A model generated the notes under the pieces. It saw nothing but the letters and a program-made list of their open reading frames with translations, searched no databases and was not told where the DNA came from. A DNA stretch of 64,000 bases, taken from the NCBI GenBank assembly GCA_965197675.1, contig OZ240221.1, positions 2,268,669 to 2,332,668 on the forward strand, written 5' to 3'. A program made the position numbers and the translations under genes. This document shows positions 10,206-20,400 of the stretch, one piece after another; position 1 is the stretch's first letter; every line of letters starts with the position of its first letter. Source of the stretch: Dehalococcoidia bacterium (GTDB lineage Bacteria > Chloroflexota > Dehalococcoidia > Plut-88900).

Positions 10206-10970
10206 GTGACTCTGGGTCTAACGGGTAAAGTCGCCTTAGTGACGGGCTCTGGATCGGGAATAGGACGAGCTACTGCGCTAACCTTCGCTAGAGAGGGAGC
10301 GAAGGTAGTTGTGGCAGACATCGTCCCGGAGGGTGGCCAAGAGACGGTTCGCATGATCAAAGAATCGGGCGGCGAGGCCACATTTTTAAAGGTTGACGTG
10401 TCTAAGGTGGAAGAAGTTCAGAAAATGGTCAAGGACGTGATAGATACCTACGGCAGCTTGGACTGTGTTCATAACAACGTCGCCGCACGAAAAGGCCCTC
10501 AAGTTCCCGTCCATGAATATCCCGAAGATGAATGGGACAAGATATTAGGCATAGACCTTCGAAGTGTGTTCTTATGCATCAAGTACGAAGTAGTTGAGAT
10601 GCTAAAGCAGGGTAGGGGCGCAATAGTCAATACCGCCTCTATCAATGGCCTGGCTGGAGGCCCCAACGACTCGCCCTACATAGCCGGAAAGCATGGTGTG
10701 GTAGGCCTGACCAAAGCAGCCGCCATCGAGTACGCTAGAGAGGGGATCAGGGTCAATGCGGTATGCCCAGGCTTCATCGACACACCTCGAACCGCAAGGC
10801 TAAAAGAGGTGGACCCGAAGGCCCAGGACGAGCTGTTGGCCCAGCACCCTATTGGGCGGGCAGGAAAACCCGAAGAGATAGCAGCAACCGTCGTATGGCT
10901 CTGCTCCGACGCCGCATCCTTCGTCACCGGACACGCTATAGCCGTGGATGGCGGATACATGGCCCAATAG
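10206..10970 (+). CDS. SDR family oxidoreductase
   Basis: TGSGSGIG and YIAGK (YxxxK). I prefer the GTG at 10206, preceded by GGAGG at about 10194. The track ORF starts at 10089 and adds a non-SDR leader. Confidence 0.85.
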   Translation: MTLGLTGKVALVTGSGSGIGRATALTFAREGAKVVVADIVPEGGQETVRMIKESGGEATFLKVDVSKVEEVQKMVKDVIDTYGSLDCVHNNVAARKGPQVPVHEYPEDEWDKILGIDLRSVFLCIKYEVVEMLKQGRGAIVNTASINGLAGGPNDSPYIAGKHGVVGLTKAAAIEYAREGIRVNAVCPGFIDTPRTARLKEVDPKAQDELLAQHPIGRAGKPEEIAATVVWLCSDAASFVTGHAIAVDGGYMAQ

Positions 10971-11195
10971 GTTGGGGCTGAGAGTTTATGCCCTGGTTTC
11001 AGGGGTCGATAAACGTAACGCGAAGACGCTCGCTGAGCAAGAGTTGGGATGTTTTGTTTCCTCGAGGCATGGAATTCCTTATAGGGATGCCTCTTGGAGT
11101 TCTGTTAATAATACTGAGGTAGTCCGGAAGCATTTTGCACAAGCCGAGGATAGCCCGAATCTAATTAAATTAATTCTATTGCCTGAGATGACTCG

Positions 11196-12422
11196 ATGGC
11201 ATCAGCTATACATAATAATCTGACAAAGAAAGTAGTAAGCTTCCTAGCCAAAAGGTTGACCGCGAAGGCTGGAACTTTCATCAAGAGAGGTAGATTGTCT
11301 GTCGAGTTTCCCGACGGTAGTACCGCTAACCTTGGAAATCCCTCTGATCAACCTTCTGCCGACCTGAAGATCCATGACGAAAAGTTCTACAAACGGTTAC
11401 TCTTCGATGGCGAGATTGGGGTTTCCGAGGCGTATGTCGACGGCCTATGGACATCCGATGATCTGGCAAGTCTCTATGAGTTGGCCATCCTCAACAGGGA
11501 ACACATCAGCCCCAACTACTCCTGGCTTTCAAGACTGTCAAGGCTGCGCAACAGGTACTTCCATCTAGCAAGACGTAACACTCCATCCACCAGCAAGGAT
11601 AACATCCATGCCCACTACGATTTAGGCAACGACTTCTTTCGTTTATTCCTTGACGAGACCATGACCTATTCCTGCGCCGTCTTCTCGTCGGAGGGTGAAG
11701 ATCTGGCTGATGCACAACGCAATAAATACCTTCGGATATGTGAGAGGGCAGGCCTCATCCCGGAAGATCACGTTCTGGAAATCGGCTCGGGGTGGGGTGG
11801 ATTCGCCGTATTTGCGGCGCAGAATTATGGATCTAAGGTCACCACCATCACCATATCGAAGGAGCAGTTTGACCGAACAAAAAAGCTGGTCCAAGAGCTG
11901 GGCCTCTCGTCTCTGATAGACATCCAGCTGTGCGACTATCGAGAGGTAGAGGGCGAGTACGACAAGATCGTGAGTATCGAGATGTTCGAGGCGGTAGGAT
12001 ACGAATATTTCCAGACCTTCTTCCGCAAGTGCGATGCCGTGCTAAGGCATGGCGGACGCATGTGCATGCAGGTGATTACCATCCCCAATAGGTCCTTTGC
12101 TGCTCATCGTGATGGCGTCAACTGGCTTCAGAAGTATATATTCCCGGGAGGACTTCTACCATCTCTTGCCGAGATGGAGCGGTCATTATCTTCGACCTCG
12201 TTGCTGCTAACCCATGCCGAGGAAATCGGCGCCCATTACGTCCCCACCCTAAGGCGATGGAGAGAGCGTTTCCTTGCCAATCACAACGCGGTGCGAGACT
12301 TGGGCTTCGATGACAAGTTTATTCGAATGTGGGAGTGCTATCTAGCTTCATGCGAAGCAGCTTTTAGAGCCCGCTCCATTGGAGATGTCCAAATCGTCTT
12401 CGAAAAGCCCTCTTTTACTTAG
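11196..12422 (+). CDS. cfa: Cyclopropane-fatty-acyl-phospholipid synthase family SAM methyltransferase
   Basis: 408 aa; SAM motif VLEIGSGWGGFA; typical CMAS N- and C-terminal regions. Confidence 0.8.
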   Translation: MASAIHNNLTKKVVSFLAKRLTAKAGTFIKRGRLSVEFPDGSTANLGNPSDQPSADLKIHDEKFYKRLLFDGEIGVSEAYVDGLWTSDDLASLYELAILNREHISPNYSWLSRLSRLRNRYFHLARRNTPSTSKDNIHAHYDLGNDFFRLFLDETMTYSCAVFSSEGEDLADAQRNKYLRICERAGLIPEDHVLEIGSGWGGFAVFAAQNYGSKVTTITISKEQFDRTKKLVQELGLSSLIDIQLCDYREVEGEYDKIVSIEMFEAVGYEYFQTFFRKCDAVLRHGGRMCMQVITIPNRSFAAHRDGVNWLQKYIFPGGLLPSLAEMERSLSSTSLLLTHAEEIGAHYVPTLRRWRERFLANHNAVRDLGFDDKFIRMWECYLASCEAAFRARSIGDVQIVFEKPSFT

Positions 12423-12450
12423 GAATCTTCTATGGCCTCCGTGTTCCTAG

Positions 12451-12675
12451 TTGGACTCAGGGTGTTGCCGTATGGCGGGCTCGTTCGTTTACGAGAAGGA
12501 GTACTACGAGGTGTCGATGGCTATCGGAGAAGGGCGGTTGTTCCCAGCGGTGCGCTCCAATCCAGGGGCGCGTATTGCCATTACGGGATTCTCATGCCAC
12601 CACCAGGTAATGGACGGAACAGGCAGCGAGCCGGAGCACATTGCGGAGATACTGCGGAGCGCGCTGGGTTTGTGA
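12451..12675 (+). pseudogene. Orphan 3' fragment of an Fe-S (CCG-type cysteine-rich) oxidoreductase, GlcF/LutA-like C-terminus
   Basis: The 74-aa ORF reads GCCRMAGSFVYEKEYYEVSMAIGEGRLFPAVRS...ITGFSCHHQVMDGTG..HIAEIL. That is the extreme C-terminus of much longer FAD/Fe-S oxidoreductases, and no upstream part is present. Confidence 0.5.
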
Positions 12676-12756
12676 TGCCTGGTGCAGGCAGATATGAAAA
12701 TACGTGCTTGAAGGGCCACCTCGCTACGGTGCATCGGTGCTTATAAGGAGGACTTT

Positions 12757-13806
12757 GTGCAGAAGATAAGACTATGGGAGATAACCCCTGACCAAAAGCT
12801 CGTCGAAATGATGAGCAACCGGATACCCCTAGAAGAGCGTTTGGAAGAGTGGCTGGCAAGCGACATTTCGGTGCTTGACCCGAATCTTCTGGTAATTGGA
12901 AGGCAGGTAGACACCGATTACGGCGGGACAATAGACCTGTTGTGTCTTGACAGTGCAGGCGACACGGTGGTTGTGGAGTTGAAGAAGGGCAGAACCCCAA
13001 GAGAGGTAACAGCCCAGGCGCTGGATTACGCGTCCTGGGTAAAGGACCTGTCTTATGAGCAGCTGACGGAAATAGCCACCGAATACTTCCGAGATGAAAG
13101 TTCACTGGCTTCAAAGTTTCAGACCAAGTTCAGGGAGGAACTGCCGAGCGAGCTTAACTTGAGCCATCGCTCTCTGGTAGTTGCTGAGGAGATAGACGCC
13201 AGCACAGAGAGGATTGTGCGCTACCTGTCAGACATGAATGTGCCTGTCAACGTAGCCACGGTGCAGCATTTCAGAGACAAAGACGGCCGCGATATACTGG
13301 CACAAGTGTACCTGATACCACCAGAGGAGGCTGAGACAAAGGCGCAGTCCACTTCAAAGAGAACATCCCGCAACACACTGTCCGGGCTTGAGGCCATGGC
13401 CGAAGAGAACGGTGTTGGCGCACTATACAGACGAATCAGAAACGGCGTTAGGGGCATTCTCGCGTCCCGGGTACTCACTCGTACACACGTTGGGTATTAT
13501 GTGCAGCTTGATGGCGGGACGCGCACGGTACTGATTATCAGTGCTGACTCTAGTGAAGGTGATGGGCTACCATTTGTCGTGCACGTTACCCGTTTCAAAA
13601 GCCACTTGGGAGTTGACGCGGAGGAGTTGAGATCATGGCTGCCGGAAAACACAGAGGAACGAGATGTGACTCACTGGGTTGGAAGTTCCCCGGATGAAAG
13701 ACAGAACGCGCTAGGCTTGACGGGTTCCTTTCAAAGCGTAGAGGAGGTGGACAAGTTTCTCAACGGACTCATGATCATCAGGAGCAGAGAGCAGGCCCAA
13801 GAATAG
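12757..13806 (+). CDS. NucS/DUF91-like PD-(D/E)xK nuclease domain protein with an uncharacterised C-terminal half
   Basis: The N-terminal 110 aa read EERLEEWLASDISVLDPNLLVIGRQV.T.YGGTIDLLCLDSAGDTVVVELKKGR...AQALDY, the D...E-x-K nuclease core pattern. Confidence 0.6.
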   Translation: MQKIRLWEITPDQKLVEMMSNRIPLEERLEEWLASDISVLDPNLLVIGRQVDTDYGGTIDLLCLDSAGDTVVVELKKGRTPREVTAQALDYASWVKDLSYEQLTEIATEYFRDESSLASKFQTKFREELPSELNLSHRSLVVAEEIDASTERIVRYLSDMNVPVNVATVQHFRDKDGRDILAQVYLIPPEEAETKAQSTSKRTSRNTLSGLEAMAEENGVGALYRRIRNGVRGILASRVLTRTHVGYYVQLDGGTRTVLIISADSSEGDGLPFVVHVTRFKSHLGVDAEELRSWLPENTEERDVTHWVGSSPDERQNALGLTGSFQSVEEVDKFLNGLMIIRSREQAQE

Positions 13807-13861
13807 CTTAGCTAGTTCACTCCACCAGCGCCAGCATATGCCTGTATCGCGTCAAAAGTAA

Positions 13862-15100
13862 ATGTTGCCGAAGGGCATACCTCTGAGGAAAAAGGCTCAA
13901 CCACCACAAAACAGGCTTAGACACGTGCACGAATCTCAGGACTACAAAGCCCTGGTCTTCCGCTGGGCGCCCATTCACTACCAGAGCGTCGGATCAGCCA
14001 ATCCCCGGGCAGACCTATTAGCCGCCATAGACTACGACAGAAGCTGGAACATGCAGCAGAAGTGGAAAAACCTGAACAAGTATCCCCTGATCCCTCACGT
14101 TTATTACTCCGTGGTGGAAACGACTACACATTGGTACATCCTCTACGCCTTCTACCACGTCAGAGATTGGCACGCCTGGCGGATTCCCTACTTTCAGCAC
14201 GAAAACGACTTAGAAGGGTGCCTAATGATAATCGAAAAGCGAAGTAAGTACCGTCACGGCTATTTTCTAGGTATGATCACCGCCTCCCATGATCAGTTTT
14301 GGCTATACACCTTCGATCGGAGGCTTAAGCGGAAGGAGAGGCATAGGAACGGAAAGCTGGTAAGAGAGTTAGATGGGCAGCTACTTTGCACTAAGCTAGA
14401 GGACGTATTCCATCCCTCCACCTATCAAGACCCTTACGGGCACGGATTGTGGGCATGGGATGGCGGCCCCTTCCGCGGGGAATACCTGGAGTATCACAAC
14501 ACGGTAACCAGGTTTCTCGCCAAACTGTCCTTTGTCTCAGAGGGAAAACAAGGAGTGCGCTATTATCCGGCAGATGAGGGAAGAGAGCCTCCTCCACCGT
14601 ACAGAGCGTCCATTGGTCAGATGGATGTGCCTTACAAGTTGACGTCTATATTCGGCGATGACGGAATCTGGGGGCGGCGCAATGACGGCAGTATCTATGC
14701 TTCAACCGGGGCTTTCCTGGGAAGCCATCCGTTGCTGGCGGAGAAGAATAAAGCCAACCCTCCCTGGCAATGGAGGGATAAATACATGCAGGAGGACTTT
14801 CCTAGCGGCATCCTCGCCGTCAACCCAGCAAAGGCAGCCTACACCCTATTTCAGGGCTTCTCCCAAGAGTTCGACCTTTCCTACGTGAGCAATCAGTATC
14901 TTCTTGAAGAATCTCCCAGCGAGGCTTCCTCCTGTCAAGATACTGAGGAGAGTCAAGCCCTAGACTTCGGGGGGCAGGAAGCTGACCAAGCCTTCCGGGG
15001 TCCTCACAATCCTCCTATCAACCTCGCATCCAGTTATGGGATCGACCCCATGGCCTGGCTTCCTGACGATACTGGTCACCGACCTCAGCATGGTAGCTGA
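13862..15100 (+). CDS. Hypothetical protein, distant Vps62/NPP1-like pattern
   Basis: 412 aa. FRWAPIHYQS ... HVYYSVVETTTHWYILYAFYHVRDW ... QHENDLEGCLMIIEK loosely recalls the YAP..., aromatic-rich strand and H-x-x-D-x-E core of Vps62/DUF946 and NPP1 families. Weak call. Confidence 0.3.
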   Translation: MLPKGIPLRKKAQPPQNRLRHVHESQDYKALVFRWAPIHYQSVGSANPRADLLAAIDYDRSWNMQQKWKNLNKYPLIPHVYYSVVETTTHWYILYAFYHVRDWHAWRIPYFQHENDLEGCLMIIEKRSKYRHGYFLGMITASHDQFWLYTFDRRLKRKERHRNGKLVRELDGQLLCTKLEDVFHPSTYQDPYGHGLWAWDGGPFRGEYLEYHNTVTRFLAKLSFVSEGKQGVRYYPADEGREPPPPYRASIGQMDVPYKLTSIFGDDGIWGRRNDGSIYASTGAFLGSHPLLAEKNKANPPWQWRDKYMQEDFPSGILAVNPAKAAYTLFQGFSQEFDLSYVSNQYLLEESPSEASSCQDTEESQALDFGGQEADQAFRGPHNPPINLASSYGIDPMAWLPDDTGHRPQHGS

Positions 15101-15670
15101 GACCTGCCAGCAGATCCGTCACTCTCTTACGCATGTTCCATTCAGAAACAGACGGTCCAGCGGCGATGCACATAGTTGTCTATGGGGATTACAAAGGAAC
15201 TCCACCCTTTGCCTGGGAGTTTGGGCCTGTCTACCGCCAGGTAGAGGCTGTGCTTCCAAGGACCACTTACCTGGGTGGGTGGGAAATACCGCCCTTGCTT
15301 CAATAGTAACCTCTTCGTGGTGATGAGCAAGTTTTTCCAACAAACACCCCCGCTCATGGTGAGCATTGATACGCCCCGGGAAGGGGCCGTGCGTGGGTTC
15401 AGTAACTGGGACGAGACCGAGCAGTTCCTTGAAAGGTTGGTCTCGCAGACGTTGCTCTTGAAGCCCTCTCCTTCGCACCAGTCGAGAGCTCTCCTTGAGG
15501 TCCACACGGGGATTCTGGACAACGCAGTATCTCGGGGAGCCTTTCAATACCCAGATTTTCTGAAGTCGCGTGGGAATGGACACCTCTGGGTTCCATTTGT
15601 GGATTCCGCCCAGGTCGGCCTGAACATCGATCCCGGACTGAACGCTGAAGACTCCATCGAACCGCTTCCG

Positions 15671-17077
15671 CTATACGGTAGGCTCGATGTTCTGATTCAG
15701 AGAGAACAGGTTGGTGGGGTCATACTTGTTCTTCAACGCAACCAGCCGATCATATTTAGCCTGACCGTAGGCCTCCATGATTCGGTTGGCCCCCTCATCG
15801 GCCTGTCCGCCCATGTAGTTTACATAAACTGTTCCCGTCGAGAAAGGCTGTACTGCATCCCAGGTGTCTCTTACCCATTGGACATTCACGTCCTTATCCT
15901 TTGGATCGGACCACATGCCTAAGACAAGCAGATCGTAGCTGACATTTCGATGGTTGAAGGCGCTATCACTATCGTCTGGCCGGCTAACCGCCCCACCTAC
16001 ATTCTCTATTATCAGCATAGAGTTGGGCGAGGGTACTTTGCCGAATCTATCAACCAAGACGTCGATAGCGTCGTCGCTGAGGTCTTTCAGGAAGTTGGAT
16101 TTCCAGTAGTTCTGCTTCCCAGGTGGAAGGCCTGCTTCCAGCAGCCGCTGATGAGCAGTGTAGGGCATAGGGCCTACATGGTCCGCTACAGGTGGGCCAA
16201 ACTCTTTTAGGGGCTTCAGTTCGCGTTGGCCTTGCTCTAGACCGCCACAGTAACATGGCACCAGAGCAACAGCCGCATCACCCTCAGGCGAAGTTAGGAG
16301 AGCGGAGAATACCGTGAGCTCGTCGGGAGCTTTGCTGGTGAACTCTCTGTAGAACTTGAGAACATCCTTGGCACTACTCAAGGGGTGAATCACCAGCCCT
16401 CCTATCACGTTATCGACAGGGTGAAGCTGATATTCGAAGGATGTGACGACCCCAAAGTTGCCCCCGCCTCCTCTTATACCCCAGAATAGCTCGGCGTTCT
16501 CGGTGCGACTGGCTTTCAGCAGTTGACCATCAGCAGTGACGATATCAACGGAAAGAAGGTTATCAATGCTGAGACCGTACTTGCGCATAAGCCAGCCCAT
16601 ACCGCCACCGAGGGTGAGCCCAGCAATGCCCGTGGAAGGGATCACTCCTCCAGTAACAGCCAAGCCGAAGGCATGGGTCTCGTGGTCAAAGTCGGCCCAC
16701 GTCGCACCGGGCTCTGCCTGGGCCGTACGGTTGTCAGGGTCCACGCGCACGCTAGTCATTGACGCAAGGTCAATCACAATCCCACCATCACACACAGCAT
16801 TACCAGAGACGTTATGCCCCCCGCCTCGCACTGCGACCAGCAAGTTGTTCTCTCGAGCGAAATTGACCGCACTGATTACGTCGGCAACACCTGCGCAACG
16901 AACGATAAGAGCAGGCTTCCTATCGATCATGCCGTTCCAGACCTTGCGGTACTCGTCATATTTATCATCCCCGAGACTAACCAACTCACCTCGTAAACCG
17001 GTTTTCAAGGCGTCGATGGCCTCCTCTTGGAGGTTTACGTTAGAGCCCAACTTGGTGGTAATTTGTAAAGTGGCCAT
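15671..17077 (-). CDS. FAD-binding oxidoreductase (PCMH-type FAD domain plus BBE-like C-terminus)
   Basis: VAVRGGGHN FAD-binding motif; C-terminal KYDPTNLFSLNQNI berberine-bridge-like tail. Confidence 0.85.
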   Translation of the reverse strand: MATLQITTKLGSNVNLQEEAIDALKTGLRGELVSLGDDKYDEYRKVWNGMIDRKPALIVRCAGVADVISAVNFARENNLLVAVRGGGHNVSGNAVCDGGIVIDLASMTSVRVDPDNRTAQAEPGATWADFDHETHAFGLAVTGGVIPSTGIAGLTLGGGMGWLMRKYGLSIDNLLSVDIVTADGQLLKASRTENAELFWGIRGGGGNFGVVTSFEYQLHPVDNVIGGLVIHPLSSAKDVLKFYREFTSKAPDELTVFSALLTSPEGDAAVALVPCYCGGLEQGQRELKPLKEFGPPVADHVGPMPYTAHQRLLEAGLPPGKQNYWKSNFLKDLSDDAIDVLVDRFGKVPSPNSMLIIENVGGAVSRPDDSDSAFNHRNVSYDLLVLGMWSDPKDKDVNVQWVRDTWDAVQPFSTGTVYVNYMGGQADEGANRIMEAYGQAKYDRLVALKNKYDPTNLFSLNQNIEPTV

Positions 17078-17201
17078 TGATCCCCCCTGTAAACTTCTTC
17101 GATGTAATCAAGTGGGAGTATACATCCACCCCAAACCTTCATCAAGGACGTACAATTGCCCAAATCTCCCAGCTAAATGACCCTGTCCCATAATCCTGCA
17201 C

Positions 17202-17229
17202 GGAGGGAGTCCAGAGGCCTGCCTGCAGG
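17202..17229. repeat. Short repeat modules (GGAGGGAGTCCAGAGG + CCTGCCTGCAGG) shared with 26.3 kb and 54.2-54.8 kb loci
   Basis: A 15-nt exact match, GAGGGAGTCCAGAGG, to every unit of the 187-bp tandem repeat. The CCTGCCTGC..CAGG module also occurs at 26323-26341. Confidence 0.6.
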
Positions 17230-17414
17230 TCTCCTCGCCCAGGTAGATGTAGCCCCCAAACACAAGCGCGCCGGCTGGGGCGGGGACTACCTGCTATTGA
17301 CGCTTGCTCAGTAAAATGCGATTGCCCTGTCCGCCGAGCACATTCTGTTGCCAGACCCCCCGCAATTCGCGTCATTGACACTCGCCGATACGAGCAGCAT
17401 ACTTACTCCGTCGG

Positions 17415-20400
17415 GTGAGTCTGATTAGGGACGAGGAGAGGGCGGAGATGTCCAACTATGGACTGATCATAGCGGTCAGTGGGGTAGGCCTGCTTGTAAC
17501 CGCCCTAGTAGTCTTTCTAATCTTCCTGACGATCGACCCCTCTCCCGCCTCTGCCCACGTACTCTGCAGATATGGACCTCACAGCGACACCTGCAACCCT
17601 CACCCTCATACCCACACCCCCACGCCAGAGCCCACATCGCCACCACCGCCTCCGCCACCTCCGCCTCCGCCTGCATCTTCGCCTGAGATAGACATAGCTG
17701 GTCTACTCAGTTCCATACAGGAAGGGAGCAGCGACTCCTTCACAATGAGGGGCTCTAGTCTGAATTCATCCCACAGCTACTCCATACGGGTCGAGGCGAG
17801 CAACAGCGACATAGGCTTCAACAGTTCGTGTTCCGACACTTCTGAAACCGCCGCGGTTCCCTCGAACCGTACGTCGTACAGCACGACCTTCACGCTGTAC
17901 GGGTGCGACACGTCCGGCGGTACGGTGACTGCGACCCTGCGCCGCTCCTCGCGTTTCAGCACCGTGACCGTCGATACTGACTCGCAGTTCGTGAGTGTAA
18001 CCGCACCTCCAGCTGCACCTGCGCCCACCGGGCTCACAGTTACCTCATCTGATCGGTACAGCGTCTCCCTGAGTTGGAGATCGGTCTCTGACGCCTACCG
18101 CTACAAGCTGGAGCGTCGTGAGGGGACATCCGGGTCATGGTCAACGATCAGCTCCGGCATCAGCGGCACCAGCGTGACGGCGGGCGGTCTCGACTGCAAC
18201 ACCACCTACTATTTCAAGGTGAGTGCGCGCGGCGATGGCTCGCCCTACTCCACTACCTTTGGCGGAGCTTCGGGGAGCGTGTCGAGGACGACCTCCGAGT
18301 GTCAAACTGCTCCCGCGCCCACCGGGCTCACGGTTACTTCATCTGATCAGGACAGTGTTGCCCTGAGTTGGAGCTCGGTCTCCGGCGCCTACCGCTACAA
18401 GCTGGAGCGTCGTGAGGGGACATCCGGGTCATGGTCAACGATCAGCTCCAGCATCAGCGGCACCAGTAAGACGGCCACCGGCCTCGACTGCAACACCACC
18501 TACTATTTCAGGGTGAGCGCGCGTGGAGACGGCTCGCCCTACTCCACTACCTTTGGCGGAGCTTCGGGGAGCGTGTCGAGGACGACCTCCGAGTGTCAAA
18601 CTGCTCCAGCGCCCACCGGACTCACGGTTACCTCATCTGATCGGTACAGCGTCTCCCTGAGTTGGGACTCGGTCTCTGACGCCTACCGCTACAAGCTGGA
18701 GCGTCGTGAGGGAACCTCTGGGTCATGGTCAACGGTCAGCTCCAGCATCAGCGGCACCAGCAAGACGGCCACCGGCCTCGACTGCAACACCACCTACTAT
18801 TTCAGGGTGAGCGCGCGTGGAGACGGCTCGCCCTACTCCACTACCTTTGGCACCCCGTCGACAACCGACGTATCGAGTCAAACCGATGCTTGCCTGCCCG
18901 TCTTCCAGTTCTCGCCCAGCCCCCTGGCATTGGGCGGCTCAAGCAACGTCTGGACGGTGCCCGCGGAGGTCACCAGCGTCTACGTGGACGTCAGCTTCTC
19001 CAGCGGATTCGTCAAGGACACCGGTGCGGGCGACATCGAGATCAACCGCGTCGACTCCTCCGACACGGTGCTGAGCACGCTGGAGGTGGACAATGAGAAC
19101 GACAGCGGGACGTTGATGGGCGCTGCGGCGGGGTCGCTCATAAGAATAGACGTTGAAAACGATGCCTTCGACACCAGCTACGCCCTCGTGACCCTGACCT
19201 TCCACTCAGGCAGCGACGACACCGGGCCGGAGCTAGCGAGGGCAACTGTACAGAAGGAGTCGAGACCGTACTCGCCGACTGCACCCAGCACCGGCACGTC
19301 GTGGAGTGTGGACGATGCCGCGGGGAGCGTTACACTATCCTGGGGCCCGGGAGCGGCCCGTCTGGGGTCTAACCCTGACCATTACGAGGTAGTGATACGG
19401 GACGCTTCGAACCCATCGACGCCGCTATACAGCAACCTGAACGTAGATGATTCCGCGAACCCCACTACGCTGACCATATCGGGCGCCAGGACGCTGGGCC
19501 TGGAGGGAACCCACACCGCCGAGGTGCGTCATTGCAACACCGCCGGCGGGTGCTCGCTCCCCTTCAGCATCACCTTTACACTGGCGCCTCTGCCCGACGT
19601 GTCAGCGCCCACCCTCAGCGTCGACTCCTCCACCGACACCGCCATAACCCTGAGCTGGAACTCGGTCACCGGCACGTCCAAATACAGGCTGGAGCGAAGG
19701 ACGTCCGGCAGCCGCCCCATTGCCGACCCTTGGATCGAGGTCGACCCTGAAATCCCCAGCATCAGAACCAGCCACACGGCGGACGGTCTCGCAGGAGGAA
19801 CAGCCTACGATTTCCAGGTGAGTGCATACGGTGACGGGGAGACCCACGCCTCGAAATGGGGCCCCTGGTCGACGACCTTCGAAGCGTCCACTCTGCCGTC
19901 ACCAACGATAAGCATATCAGGGGTTGACACCTCCCTGGGCGACTCTGATACAGAGGACTCCAACGACATCTTCACGGTAACAGCATCCAACCTGATCTCA
20001 TCCTCTACCTACTCCATCACCGTTTCAACCGACAACGACAAAGCGGCCTTCGACTCCGCATGCTCCGAGAGATCGAAGAGCGTGACCTTCACAGCAACCA
20101 GCGCCTCCTACACCACTACCTTCACCCTGTATGCCTGCCGGCCCGGCGACGTAGTGGTTACTGCTTCCCTCGGAGACGCCAGCAGCGCCTCCGCAACGCA
20201 AAATGTGACCATTGCCACGCGGACGATTCCCGCATCAGATGTCTGCGACGACGGCACCGTGGTCTCCGATCACACGTCCAATCCGGGTCTGGTCAGCGAC
20301 TGCGAGAACCTTCTGCTGGCGATAGGCACCCTGAAGGGGACTGCCAACACCGCGCTCAACTGGAGCAGCACCAGAGTCCTCTCGGACTGGGATGGGGTTA

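Noticed and set aside
12581-13114. 177-aa minus-strand ORF
   Set aside because: It overlaps the NucS-like gene in antisense and crosses the remnant region. Its composition is Pro/Arg/Ser-rich and it has no motifs.
15275-17180. Plus-strand ORFs 15275..15922 (215 aa) and 16536..17180 (214 aa)
   Set aside because: Both are largely antisense to the FAD/BBE oxidoreductase (15671..17077), which has clear motifs. Their translations are Pro/Ser/Arg-rich with no family resemblance.
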